From positions 8,742,001 through 8,806,000 of the forward strand of contig NC_047072.1 in the NCBI RefSeq assembly GCF_902459465.1: a DNA stretch of 64,000 bases, in the 5' to 3' direction. The translations under genes were made by a program, and so were the position numbers. Of the stretch, positions 37,462 to 51,227 are shown piece after piece; the stretch's first letter is position 1; every line of letters starts with the position of its first letter. Source of the DNA: Asterias rubens. Its lineage: Eukaryota. Below the pieces are notes generated by a model, which had not been told where the DNA came from, searched no databases, and saw only the letters and a program-made list of their open reading frames with translations.

Positions 37462-40400
37462 GTGAGTGTATCAAAAGTGTGGTTTTTATATCTGTCTAAT
37501 AATTGTAACACATGAATGATTACAAAAACATTAATTACACCAGTTGGATACCGAGGAAAAATACAATCGTTTCTATTTTGTGGTGGTCAACATTTACTAT
37601 AAAGCAGGAATTTTACATGTGATCTATGTGTCAGTACGACTTGAAATCTGTGTCAAAATTATTCAGAAAATTGTCAAATTGACGCAGTATTTGAGGTCAA
37701 ATTTACTTTGCTCCCCAGCTGACTGGAATTGGGTCAGGCCCCATGGGATCCTGGTAATTTGTTTACTCGTGTTTTTAAAGAGTCTGCAGTGAGTTATTTA
37801 GTGTTAATTATGGATAATTCACACCAGAGCAGTCCGCTGGCTAAATTGTACAGTGGTTACAGTTGGTAAAAAAAACATCAATGCACATAAGGAAATAACA
37901 ATTTACTAAGGTTATAAAAAAGCAGAAACAAGCACAAACATCAAATGAACAAACTGTTTTTTTTGTCCGTATCCAACATTTTGGTGTCGATACCACATGT
38001 TGTTTTTCGAGTAGGGGATCAAGCCTCAAGTAACTAAGTTTAAGGGAGTATTGATTCTCATTCAGCGATGTCTAAAAAGAGCATCTCTTCGTGAAATTAT
38101 TTGCAGAAAGCAGAAATACACATGGCTTATCCGCGTTGCTTTTGTAACAATCAAAACGTTTGTCGATCCACAGACTCGACGTCTGCGATCCAATGAAGAA
38201 AGGGTATCCGGGTAGCCATTGAATGTGACCTCATTTTTCTTAAACGGCAGTATTTGAGAGTAAACATTACCCTGGCTGATTGGAGATGTTTCCTAGACCG
38301 GGTTTGATTCCTTGCCTCTTCCTGAGGAAGACCTTCAGAGGAAAAACATTCTTCAACTTTTCTCTTCTTGTCAACAACAAGGGAGGGGGAGTCGTATGTT
38401 ATCTATCGCTTCGAAAGGCTTGGCAGAGAACTGAAGAAAATGTGTGTTGAGCACACTGTTGTTCGTTGACTAGAGTGATGTAGTTTTATTGGATTTTAAA
38501 CAAAATAGTAGGGTGCGGGATTTTGTTTTTTAGGGGGGGGGGGATGTCATGAAAAGAAAAAAAACAATTGTTTTGAAGTACATGATTCGTGGTTGGGAAT
38601 ATGTAATATTTTCAATCGGAAAGCTCACTGGCCGTTGTTTATCTATATATGTACTTAATATCAATATTGATTTCTTGTTTATCATGGGGAATCCTTTGAG
38701 TGAATTTGTTTTCAAAGGTGCCCGCAATTAAAAACAGTCAATAATATAAACGGAGAAAAATACAAGACAGTTTACATGTACATGTCAACTAACTTACAAT
38801 GATCCGATTCTATAGAAGAAAAAAAAATCATCTGAAATACTGTCAAAAATTGACTGAGAGACAGTTTTCTTTTTGTGTTTTTTTTTCCGTAATCATGTAT
38901 CAATTTATCGTATTTTTTGTCTCGTAAGTTATAACATATCGATTTTGATTATAATGAATGATATTTTTGTAATCAATTTATCGTTTAAACGTATCAATTT
39001 TCGTTATAACGAATTAATACTTTACAATAGCGAATTCATAATAAGTCAATGCGAACTAAATAGGCCCCTAGCCAACATAAACAGACGAGTTGGTAATCCG
39101 TTGAAACAAGTTAACAATCCGTAATAAGTAACCTTACTTATTACGGATTTAAAGCAGTCGCACAACATCGGTAAACAGTATTGTCCAAAGGCCCACACTT
39201 CGTGTATCACAACTTATATACAAATTTAATAACAAATCTGTGAAATTTAAGGCTCAATCGGTCATCGGAGTCGGGAGAAAATAACGGGAAAACCCACACG
39301 TTTCGCCGTGTCGTGACATGTGTTTCAAATAAATCCGTTATTCTCGAGAATTGATATTGTTTCAATGCTTTCTCAAAAAGTAAAGCATATCGTGGATTAA
39401 TATTTCAAGGGAAGTCTTTCACTATTACCTTCTTTAAACCCTGAAAGTTATGTGTAAATTTGTGAACTTTTATTTGTCGTTCTGTTCAGAAAGTATCCAA
39501 CGGCTATAATGCGAACTACGGAATTATTATAAAAACATTTTAATTTCAGGCTGTGTGTATGTGTGCTTTCGTGCATTTAAACTGTAATAATATTTTGATG
39601 TGGCACAATTTTGGATCCGGGGCTAACTTTTATTACGCGACTAATCTTCAAATGTTTTCAGGCATCGAAATGATCCGTTTCCACTCAGTATTAGATTCCC
39701 TCTTGAACTGATTTACTGGAAATTATCATAACTAGAAAAAATATATATCAGGAGCTATTTGAGTATCGTTTTCAAGAAAGCAAGCTGCCTTTTTTGTTAA
39801 GCCTCGCGGGGAAAGTTTTCGGTTACTGTGGATTTGCAGTGTGAACCACAAACGACACATAAACGACCAATTGCTCCCTGGGCACTATGAATGTATGAGT
39901 TTGATCAATAAACAAATAATCTGCTCTGTTTTTATTAGGTCTTTTTGTGTTTTTTATATACTATTGGCATAGTGCTGAGGAACCTACAACGACGTTCCAT
40001 AGATGTTCACAGGCATTGCGGTGAAGAGTTTCCGTGTTTGAATTCGACGCAGTGCGTGCCTCAGGACGCTATCTGTGACGGGACGCCGGACTGCGACAAC
40101 GGGTCTGATGAATGGGAAAAGGAGGAATGTAGTGAGTTTCTCGTAGTTTTCAAGATTTGTTTAGGTATTTTAAAGCCACTGGGCACTATTGGTAACTTTC
40201 AAAGACCAGTCTTCTCACTTGGTGTATCTCAACATATGCATAAAATAACAAACCTGTGAAAATTTGAGCTCAATCGGTCGTCGAAGTTGCGAGATAATAA
40301 TGAAAGTAAAAACACCCCTGTCACACGAAGTTGTGTGCATTCATGTGCTTGATTTCGAGACCTCAATTTCTAAATCTGAGGTATCGAAATCAAACTCGTG

Positions 40401-43400
40401 GAAAATTACTTCTTTTTCGAAAACTACGTTCCTACAGAGGGAGCCGTTTCTCACAATGCTTTATACCATCAATAGCTCCCCATTACTCATTACCAAGAAA
40501 GGTTTTAGGCTTATAACTATTTTGAGTAATTACCAATAGTGTCCACTGCCTTTAATTGTTTGATCACTGTAGAGGACACTACCTCCTCAGTAAAGGGTGC
40601 TCACACAAAATAAAAAAGTTACTGGGAAAAAGTACCAACAGAAACACGGATAACTTAAAATTGTATCATTATTATCTCACATTCACTTCCTAAAAAAGGT
40701 CACATTGGTTGCGTTCGTTAACCTTCCCCGGGTCGACCCCGGTGTGTGGCGGGTTTTTTTTCCCAGGACGAACGTGTGCAGATAATAGGAGACTTTCCAA
40801 CGCTAGGCGGCAGCAGACATACCGGGTAAATTTCCATTGTTTACGTAGTTCTGAACATGCGCATAATTCTGAGAACAATGGATTTACCCGGTAAGTCTGC
40901 TGCCCTCTATCGTCCCAGAAAGTCTCCCATTACCCACGTTCGTCCTGGAAAAACACCCCGCCACACACCGGGGTCGACCCAGGGAAGCTAAACGAACGCA
41001 CCCCATGTGAAAAGGCCGCTTATGTTACACTAGGCTACTTGTTCTTAATTGTTGTGTTGTCATTCGAGAACAAGTCTGCTGGGGTCACAGACGTCATCAG
41101 GTCATTAACAATTTTTTTGTTCTCCACATTTTGTTTAAAGATGATTTCCACACGAATCAGTTGTGGGACGCAATGTTTGGTGAGAAAGATGATTGCGATG
41201 ATTCAGAAGAAGATGATGACGATGATTGCGATGATGATGACTCAGCCAGTTATCAAAACGAGGCTGGCAACTTTCTAATCGAGGCTCCATGCGGTAAACT
41301 TGAAATCAATTCAGTTCTTTGTTATAAATCGTAAAAAAAAACTAAAAATAATGTTGTTGTTGTTGTGTAATCCTTCCCCAAGTTATGGGGTCTGTTCTTT
41401 TTTTTTCCTTTTATAAAATAAATATTAATACAATACAAATAACGAGACATATTTTAATAGATCATTCTCATTCCATGCTTAAGCGAGCAAAAAATGCTCG
41501 ACCCCTTTCTGCTTAGCAAAAATAAGCAGGAAACCAGTGACCAATTGTACATGTGTCATGTACTTTGGCTGGTAACCATATTCTGGTTAGCATAATTTTG
41601 TTGTGGTAAGCAGCTCTATGAAAGAAATGAGTGTGCATCAAGGCTTTGTCACACAAGGCAATTTCTAAAGGCAACTTTGAGCCAACCAACATCAGTGCGT
41701 ATTGTTACAGGTAGCACTTAAGTAGGGTATTCTCTATATTTTTAAATTGTTGTGTAGACATGGCCTGTCGGCGTATATATGTTTTTTATTCTTAAATCCT
41801 TGTGCGTGTACATTGTGCTATTTTTGTATCTGCCTGTTGTTACACACCAGTTTTTTTTTAAAAACTTGTGTGAGCAATGCAATTTCTTCTTTTGAAGATC
41901 AATAAAGTTTTCTTATGTCTTATGTCGTCTTATGTCTTACGATTCCCAAAGAAGAGTAAGTGAACGTTTAAAGTAACGTTAATCAAAGACAACATGAACA
42001 CTGTCTGCGACCATGCGACCATAGTGTCAGCAACACCAATCCTGTGTTAATACATTTATAAGATGTCATGTGAATAAAACCACATGCGAACCATTGGCGA
42101 GAGGTGTCACAAACAGACGAACTCGCGTAGCTCCCCGAGGTCAATGATAATCATGATACCTGTGTCCTTAAGCAATAAGTTTTGATCATAATGTGCTTCC
42201 CTGCACCATGGTGTATATACTGACACATATGTATATGATTTGCGACTGCACATGAAGTGTATTATAGTCGAATGGGTATTTTATTTATTTTATTTTATTT
42301 ATTTTAAATCTTCGGACATAATTAAAAAAACATACATGTTACAAATATACAGAAAATAAAAGCAAGGATTATTATATTCTTTCACAGAGAACGGAACATT
42401 CCCCGAGACTTGCGAGTGCATCGTCGAACTAGAGAAGCCCTCAGCGGCTCACCGCCCGGTGAGATTCTCAACTCTGCCCGCTGAATCTCCAACAGGTCCG
42501 GACGACACATCGGAAACACCTTCATACCGTTCAACCTCTACTACAGGAACAGGCACGCAGTCACCGGTCGTTGAAGGGACAGTCATTGGTGTTAAGATTG
42601 ACTGCAGAGCCAGTGGACTCACGTCGTTCCCAAGAAACCTCCCAGAGAACACACTATTTATGTGAGGTTTTTTTTTACTGAAAAACAAACAACTACACAG
42701 AGTTTAGTGCTTACATAAAGGCAGTCTTTTTTATACCTTTGGATTTGAAACATTTTTGATTGGTTTAATCCTATACAAATGAATAGAGGTATACAATACA
42801 AATCAACGTGTGCAAATTTCATTTCAAAAGGTGATCGCGTTTTTGAGATATCGCCCAAACTCTTTTGCGAATAAGTAGAAAGATAATCCCCATAGGAATA
42901 CACCAATCTGATAAGCGTTACCGCGGTAATGCTTTCTATAGATCGCTTTTGGGGATAAAAAGTATCCGTGTAGACCTTTATTAAGCTGTCACCATCTTGG
43001 TCATGCCCCCTGTTTGGTATAATAGTAATGAATGATAACATTCATTTCGCATGGCACCAGACTATTATTTCGTCCAACCTCGGTTTTATTACAACGAGTT
43101 GGAATGGAGTGAAACCATAGAGCTATAGCTCGATGTGTGAAATCAAGATGACCACACCGTGACAAAGGTCTATAGCACTCCGAAGTGAAGTGTTTCTCAA
43201 AGTTCATTATACTGTCAAATACAGCTGCTTAGTGTTTACAACGCTGGTTGTCATTGCATTACATTTCAGAGTTATTACCAAACGTATACATACGGACCCT
43301 TTTAAATAGATGGGCCGAAGTCCAGTATAGGTAATAGATGGGCCGAAGTCCAGTATAGGTAATTCGTTTTGAGGTCAAAGGATTGGTTTGATATACGCCA

Positions 43401-46400
43401 AGGTAAACTACTTTCTCAGCTGTGTGAATCAATTATTCTGCACGGTTTCGTGGAAGCTGCATATTGATAAGACGTCATCGTAATTAGTCAAAGATTGCTT
43501 TGGGCAGTTTCCGTTATACGTTAATTATTGTGTGACGTAACGAAAACTGAACTCTAATAATAGACGAGGTGTTTGGTGGAGATGTCCAGCGTGGAATTCC
43601 AAAGAGTTCATTCTAGTCCGAATTGTCGGTTGTGACTGCACTAAGGCTGCCCAGTCATACACATACTCTCCCTAAAGGTGTTACACGTCCTTCCATTTCT
43701 TTCCAACAGAGACGTTTCCGACAACAAGATAACCGAGCTGGCAAGAGACGACTTTGCAAATCTAACCCAGTTGCGAATATTGTAAGTTGAATAGTAAAGT
43801 CGTTACAAGTCTTTAGAAGTCATTTTACCACATTTGCGTATTAATTCGTGTTTTGTTATCTTATTTTGCTCGTCTGCAAGACAACTTATTTGAGTATGTG
43901 AACTTTACCTTTTCGTCCACACAGGTGCACTAAGATATTACTTGCTGAGGTGCTGTAGTTTTTGAGAAATTATTAAAAAAAATACTCACGAAATAATTTC
44001 GCCTTTAGTGAGACAGAAATGGTTTTTAGCATGTACAACAGCACTACGCGACTCTCCTGAACAGATTGCTTGGTGTTTTTACTTTTGTTCTCAAAGCTGA
44101 ACTACTAATGAGGCTGAAGCTTCCATATGTTTATGATATTATTGTTTACATCTTCATTGACCGTGAGTAGGAATTCAAATTATGGCCACAAACTTGATCT
44201 ACAACAGGTATCAAAATCCTTTTTGAATTAAGTTGCATCTTTTGGCTAGACGGTTTCCCCCCGATTAAGTGTCCACTTTACTTTACTCAATACTTTTCTC
44301 GCGCCTCCCATCGCATCAACTTTATTCAGCACAGCATGATATACTTCACTGCAACATTTAGCAGCCCCATGCGTTATTCCAAAACATATCGTGAGCAAAC
44401 ATCGAAATGTGATATTTTTGCCGACAATAAATCCCTGGACCAACCGGGGATGTGTTTTTGTCTGCGAGTTCTGAACGAGAAAAAACCTCTCTGGAAACTC
44501 AATAGTTCGCAGTACATTGTATTGGGCATGTTTTGCCCGACCTTAACAAGCACACCCCGGTTAGGCGGGCTTTTCTGAACAATCCCCGGGGTGCTATTTG
44601 TCGCATTCACGGGGTCCTGCTCCCGGTGAATTCATCCCCAAGTGCTAATTCATATCAATATCACTGCAAGAACAAGTGACATTGGACACCCTCCGATTTC
44701 TCGTCCATTCAGTAGCAAAGTGGCATTGTCAAAAGACCTTTTAAGAAGTTGTCCAAGTGCCGGATACTTTGTTATCAATGCTGGAATTAAACGCTATAAA
44801 TGCAAACCCATATTTATGACTCTATAAGAAATGAGGTCAGATCCTTGGTGTCAAATGCTCGAAACTAGATTAATTTACCAAAAGTTACTTCCATACTAGC
44901 CACCCATATATAGAAGGTTTGCTCGTTCAAATGACAAACACTCAATGTATAGTTAGTGTTCTTTTTCTGTGTCAAAAAACCCATATAATTGTTGAAGGAA
45001 CTGGACACTATTGGTAATTACTAAAAAATAACTGTTAGCATAAAAACTTACTTGGTAACGGCCGATGGAGAGCTGTTGATAGTACAACATTATGAGAAAC
45101 GGCTCCCTCTGAAATAACGTAGTTTTTAAGCAAGTCATTTTTCAGCAAAATATTTGAATTTATTTTAAGACCCCCACGTTTGATGTCTCGAAATCAAGCA
45201 TCACAGAAAGCACACAACTTTGTGTGACAAGGGTGATTTTTCTTCCATTAACGTTATCTCGCACCTTAGACTGCCAATTCACAGTTTTTTTTTAATTTTG
45301 TGAAATCACTGCTCTTGACACTAACCAAAGATGTCCAGTGTCTTTAATTAGGAGCAGCAATTGTATTAATTGTTTGATTCCCTTTTTGTATCGGTATATG
45401 ACAACACCTATAGTGTCAATTTCAACGTCCAAGTTTTTGCACTGCAAAATCGATTACAAATCTGAAAGTTTAATGTTTAAGACAACGAGGTAATCGTTAT
45501 TTGTTGTCTTCTTCAAGCCACCAAGGTTCATAATTGGGGATGTCCAGGAGCAGCAGCTTCAATGACGCTATTTTCATTGCCTTACATAATTCCAGATCGT
45601 TGTCAAGGAACAAACTGCGTCACATCGACGATGAAGTCTTTAATCCACTTACAGAATTGGAAAGATTGTGAGTACATTTTCGTGTCTCAGTTAGTATAGA
45701 TGCCAACGTCGTTTCGCCATATATTTATGCAACTATAGTTATCATAGAACCGAATTCAAAACTCTGGTGTTTCTGGTTCGCCCCGTTGTTTCTGGCTGTA
45801 GCTGCTGTATGCGCTGTAGCACCTTGTAAACCATTATAAGGTGCTACATAACTGGGTCTCAGAATTCTTAACTCCAATAACAAATTTGTCTGCATAATTA
45901 TTGTATATACTAAGCGCCTTGAGTAGACCTACCTTGTTTTGTATATATCTTGCGCTATATATAAGACTTCGATATTAGTTTTAATGTAACTATGCTTTAC
46001 TCTCTCATAATAGCTTTTGGAAAAAAATCATGACAATTAAATTGCTGGAATATTACTTCGTTGTATACTTATCTGCTGCATTAAAGAAACACGATGCCTT
46101 GGATCGGTCGCATTGGTCTTTGCAAAAAGCGTCTGTAACCGTTTGTTATAAAATGCATATGGTTAGACTAAGATGTTTTAAAGGTAGAATACAATGATCC
46201 ACACACATTTGCCGCGAAATTGCATGGTTTTCCTTTTTCTTTGCGTCGAAACTGCGTGGTTTTTCGTTTACTTTGCGAACTTTGAACACGGTCGGCCATT
46301 TTTATATGGCCGATCGTGTTTGTCGACGAGGTAAAAGGAAAACCACGCAATCTCGAGTGATGCTTTTGTGAATCATTATATTCTACTCTGAAAATATCTT

Positions 46401-49400
46401 TCTAATCATTATGCATTTTATAACAAACGGTTACAAACGCTTTTCAAAGACCAACTCGACCGATCCAAGGCAACGTGTTCCTTTAAGTGACGAAATGTTC
46501 TTTGCTTGTTGTAAATCACTGTGGTCCCTGACAGCAAGTACATCGTGGTGCTTAAGGATCAGAGCATTATTTAAAAGTTTGTTTGCACTAATGTAACATG
46601 CAACCTGTGACCCCATAACCATATTTACAAAAGAGCCATAGCTAGAACCAGAACCTCTTCCTGCAGTCACGATTTGTACACAGCTCAATGGGAGAAGAAA
46701 TCCTCTACTTTATGTGGAGAGTGTCTGGTTTTTATTCAATTTTCAATTAGAAAGGAGACAAGAACTTGTACACTTCTACAACTGGGTTCTTATTGTATGT
46801 AGAACGTATCACCGTTGAAGTGGCACTTGCCTGCCAGAAAAGCTCTGGACTGTACAAGGTTTTTGTGAAACAAAGGTTGACATTGAACTTCGCTCTTAAA
46901 GGGGCACGGCAATTTTCCTCTAGTACGGGGCACTCTCTGAGGAAAACGCAAAAGCACAGGACACCGCAGCAATCGCTGTGAATGCCGTGGGTTTTTTAAG
47001 GCCTGTGGTACCTTCTTTGATGACAGACAGCGCACGTACCCAACAAGTTCGCTTAGGACTGCTCTTGTGATTTTAAAAAAGAAAAGCGTAGGTTACGCAT
47101 CGTCTGTTCTGACGCCTAGTGTTGCAATACACTACTGCCATTTAGCCATCGAATCAACTTCATGCTGCTCTGTCTGCCCGTCCTACACCCTCTGGATGTT
47201 ATTAATATATCATCTGATTTATACATCGTCATATCTCATAACGCAGGGAGGGGGTACTGCAGCTCAATTAATTCCTCCCAAATGTGTCTTCAGTCTCTTT
47301 TCTGTGATTGGGAATAATTTGAAGGATGCACTCATTTAGTTAATAGTATTAACGTATAGCCTGGAACAACATTAATTTGAGGTTTGCTTAACTGAGTGGA
47401 ACGAAATGATTCAAAAGTGCAATACTGTGTCATTAAATTTGATTGGTTTTGGATGTTATATAGACCATGAAAGTCTCACTTTAATTGGTACATTTTGGAA
47501 GCTAAGAATAAACTTCAAATAACAACTGACTCATTTATGGAGTTTCAAAAAAGAGGGACCTTGTACATTCCAGAGCCTTTCTGGCAGGCAATATACCACA
47601 ATGACGATACTGTCCACATACCTTAAGAAGTCAGTACATTTGCGGGTACAGTCATGTAATAAATCTCTGTTGAGTAGGGAGTATTCAGCTTTCTCCTGAA
47701 GACGGACAGAATGTACTGTCGAAACGTCGAAATTAAACTCAGCAGGCTTTTTTTCATCAGAGCACCACTCCTCAACAGAGATTTATTACACGGTTGTACC
47801 CACGAGGTTACTATTATTTATTTAAAACGCACGAGAATTGCACAGCACAACATCATAGTTGAGGCTTTCCAGACTTTAAGACGGACTATTTGCTATAATA
47901 TGTAATCATTTTGTTGTTCAATATCTGCCCCCATTTTATTTCACGTCTTCAAACTTTAAATCCAAGACCCAAGACCTTCTAAATTATTATGCGGGATTTA
48001 GATGTAGTCCAACACCATGTAGAACCCCAGATCTAACTTTAGCCTAAAACACTGAACCAAAATAAGAACGTAACCTGGGATCTGAGATAGCCACAAACCC
48101 TGTAGATAAATGTAACCCTATGTCCAAATGTAGCCATCTGTACACAAATAATGTACTGTGTCCAAATGTATCCCAAACCTTGTACCCAAATGCAGCTCCA
48201 GATCTAAATGTAGCCCGAACCATATTCTTACCGTATACATCTAGGTACGAGGTTGAAGCTTTACACTCAGCCACGGGCTACACTTAGGGACCGGTAATGT
48301 CTCACAACTCTACTAACCCAAGTGCATCCTCGCCAAAGTACGATATGCTCAACTTATTCGAAGTTAGAGTAAATTTGGAGGGGATTGAGGTGACACATGG
48401 TTGGTTGTAGTTCATGTCAGGTGTGATTCTTTATTTTGTACAGAGATATGATTGCGTGTGGTTTGGACGAAATACCTGCAAGATTCTTCGCCTCACAAAG
48501 TAGACTGAAATACCTGTAAGTGGTTCACAGTATTCATTCAAGTTTTTTGTGTGTTTTTTTTCATTGTTTTTTTTCATTAGCAACAAAAAACATACAAACA
48601 CAGCAAATCACAAAAAAAGTAACGGACAGAATTAAACAAAAATGCCTAAAGGGCAGTTAACACGAAAGCCATGGACAGAAGACAAACAAAAAAATACAAC
48701 AAAAAGACCGAGGACTAGAAAGTACCAACTACACATCTTAACATCAGACAATTATAAACCGGGCAGAAAATTCTAATTAAAACATGTTAACCCATTTTTT
48801 TGTAAAGATCATCGAGTGATCCGTTTTAGTTTTACCCATATACACCATGTGTGTTATACTCAGTACTTTCCCGAGTTCTGTGAACAAATATCACATGCAT
48901 ATTTACTCGGATGGGATTCGAACCGAAGACCTTTGCAATTCTAGAGTAGTATCTAACCAACTAGACCACCGAGAATGATTGCCCGGTAGCTATAAGAGGC
49001 AGTTCGAATCATGTGCGTTACCACCCGAGTGAATTTTTTTTTTTACAGAAGTCATGAAAGGACATCGGTGTAAGGGTGAAACCAAAATGAATATTTCTTT
49101 TTATCCCGATGGCAATTTAACATCTATTTATTTAGAGTAGGGAATCAAATTTGAGGTTTACTTTAGGGAATGTTATAATTAGTTTTAACTGTTAAAATGC
49201 TTTACATTGTCATTTTTAGAAAAAAAAATATTCACAGATTTATCTGGGAGAGAATTCCTACAGTCTTTTCAACATCTTCTTGATATTACAGTTGTTGTCG
49301 ATTGGCAGAACTCACGCCCCAATAAATTTGTGACTCGGGGCTAAAACCGCGGAATTTGAATTAGAAGTTTACGTCAATATTGTCAACTTGGGGCAGAGTT

Positions 49401-51145
49401 GTCATATTATGTTTTGGTCTGTGATGTCTCTATGAAGCCTTTGTTCGAAGCAGTTGGACATGGACAATCCAAACAAAATGTTTCCTTATCAATGCAAGAT
49501 ATAAACTGCAGGCGACATTTTCCCAGCCATCTCGAGGTGGTTATGTGTTATTTAGGTTTGGCGTTTTTTAACGTTTTTTTTTTTTTTTTGGGGGGGGGGG
49601 GGGTGGGGGTTAGGGGTTGGGGACTGCGTACATTATAATACTAATAATCCCCAACAAAGGACCTGAATATTCATGAACGACAAACCATACACTTCCATAT
49701 GATTCAAATTTCCCCTGTTTATCCCTCTCCTTTTGTTTCTAAAGAAAATTAGCTCACAACAATCTGAAAACCCTCGCTCGGATGAGCCTAATTGGGCTGG
49801 ATTCTCTGGTTGACCTGTAAGTATAAATAGACAGTCCTTTTCAGTTCTTGTTCAGATCTTTTACGTTTCTGTTGTGAACTCGTTGCACATATACTTTCAC
49901 TTCAGTAAAGCAATTACACACTTTGACTTCCAAGCATAATGGGGTTTTTCCTTCAAATTGTCAAAGTGTCCCTGTGTTGTTTGTGTTAGCAAGGTCGAAG
50001 GTACTTTTTGTATTAACAAAGATGGGCAACTGTTTTTTTTTGCAATTATCTTAAAATAAAGTTGATGAGCACGGTCAACATTATTGTAAAAAGATAATGA
50101 GTTGTATTGTAAAGTATTGCAACTGTTGCTTATTTTTGTTCTCAAATGTTGTTGGCGTCAAGGATCTTGCTCAAAGTGTCTATGTACTCTTTTCTAACAC
50201 AAAACACCATGTCGAGGCCTACAGATTTACGTTAAACTTACACAGTTTGAAGATAATGATATTAGAAAGCTTCTCTTAAATATTACTTACTTTAGGTGCT
50301 GTAGTTTTTGAGAAATGAGTAAAACAATGTCACAAAAATAACTTTCTTCTTAGTTCTAGCATGTAAAAACGTATTAACCAGTTATCGTATGATATTGTGT
50401 AATATCATAACTAGTTAATACGTTTTTACATGCTAAAATAATTTGAGGCGATTATTATTTTGTGACTTGTTTTATTCATTTCTCAAAAATACAGCACCTC
50501 AGTATGTTATATTTGAAGGGAAGCTTGCTACTATCATTATCTTCAAACCTTGAAAGTTTAATGTAAATCTGTGGCCATTTTCGTAAAAGTACCCGAATCC
50601 TTTGAAGGTAAAACACCTGGTTTTCTACGTGTTTTACTGTACGTAACATTTTTGATTCAGTCATCATAAACAGGGACCGAAGGTAAACAAATATTCTTTC
50701 GATTTATGTTAAAGTGATGTTCGCGGTAACCAGATTTCTGATTTGGAGGTCGGAGTGTTTGAACATACTCCTCGACTCTTCACCATGTAAGTATTGCTAT
50801 GGTTTTTATATATAAAAGCATGCTGAAAGGGAAATTGGAAATAATATGCGGGGTTTCACTCTGTGATCTAGACACTGTTGCTGTTACTTTTGGTGCTGTT
50901 GTTGTTGCAGTTGGTTGTTTGTGTGCGTTTTTGTTGTCGTTGTTGCTGCTGTTGACGTTGATGTGCTGCTGCGATTGTTGCAGCTGCTGTTGTTGCTGCT
51001 GCTGCTTTTGTTGTTGTTAAAGTTGCTTTGCTGTTAAGGTTGCTGCTATTCGTCGTCGTCGTCGTCGTCGTCGTCTAGTTTGTGTTTTTATTATAGAAGT
51101 TGCTGTTCTTTTTGTTGTAATTGTTGCTTCTTATTATAGTAGCAG

Positions 51146-51227
<82 letters not shown>

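Noticed and set aside
38330-38350. Hammerhead-like CTGAGGA-a-gacc
   Set aside because: Stem II and the GAAAC-NUH half are too degraded to support the call.
42459-42560. In-frame 102-nt exitron inside exon 4 (donor CCG|gtgaga)
   Set aside because: The only phase-compatible acceptor lacks a pyrimidine tract, and nearer acceptors are out of frame or too close.
50799-51020. Poly-Cys/Leu ORF
   Set aside because: Translation of an intronic trinucleotide microsatellite.
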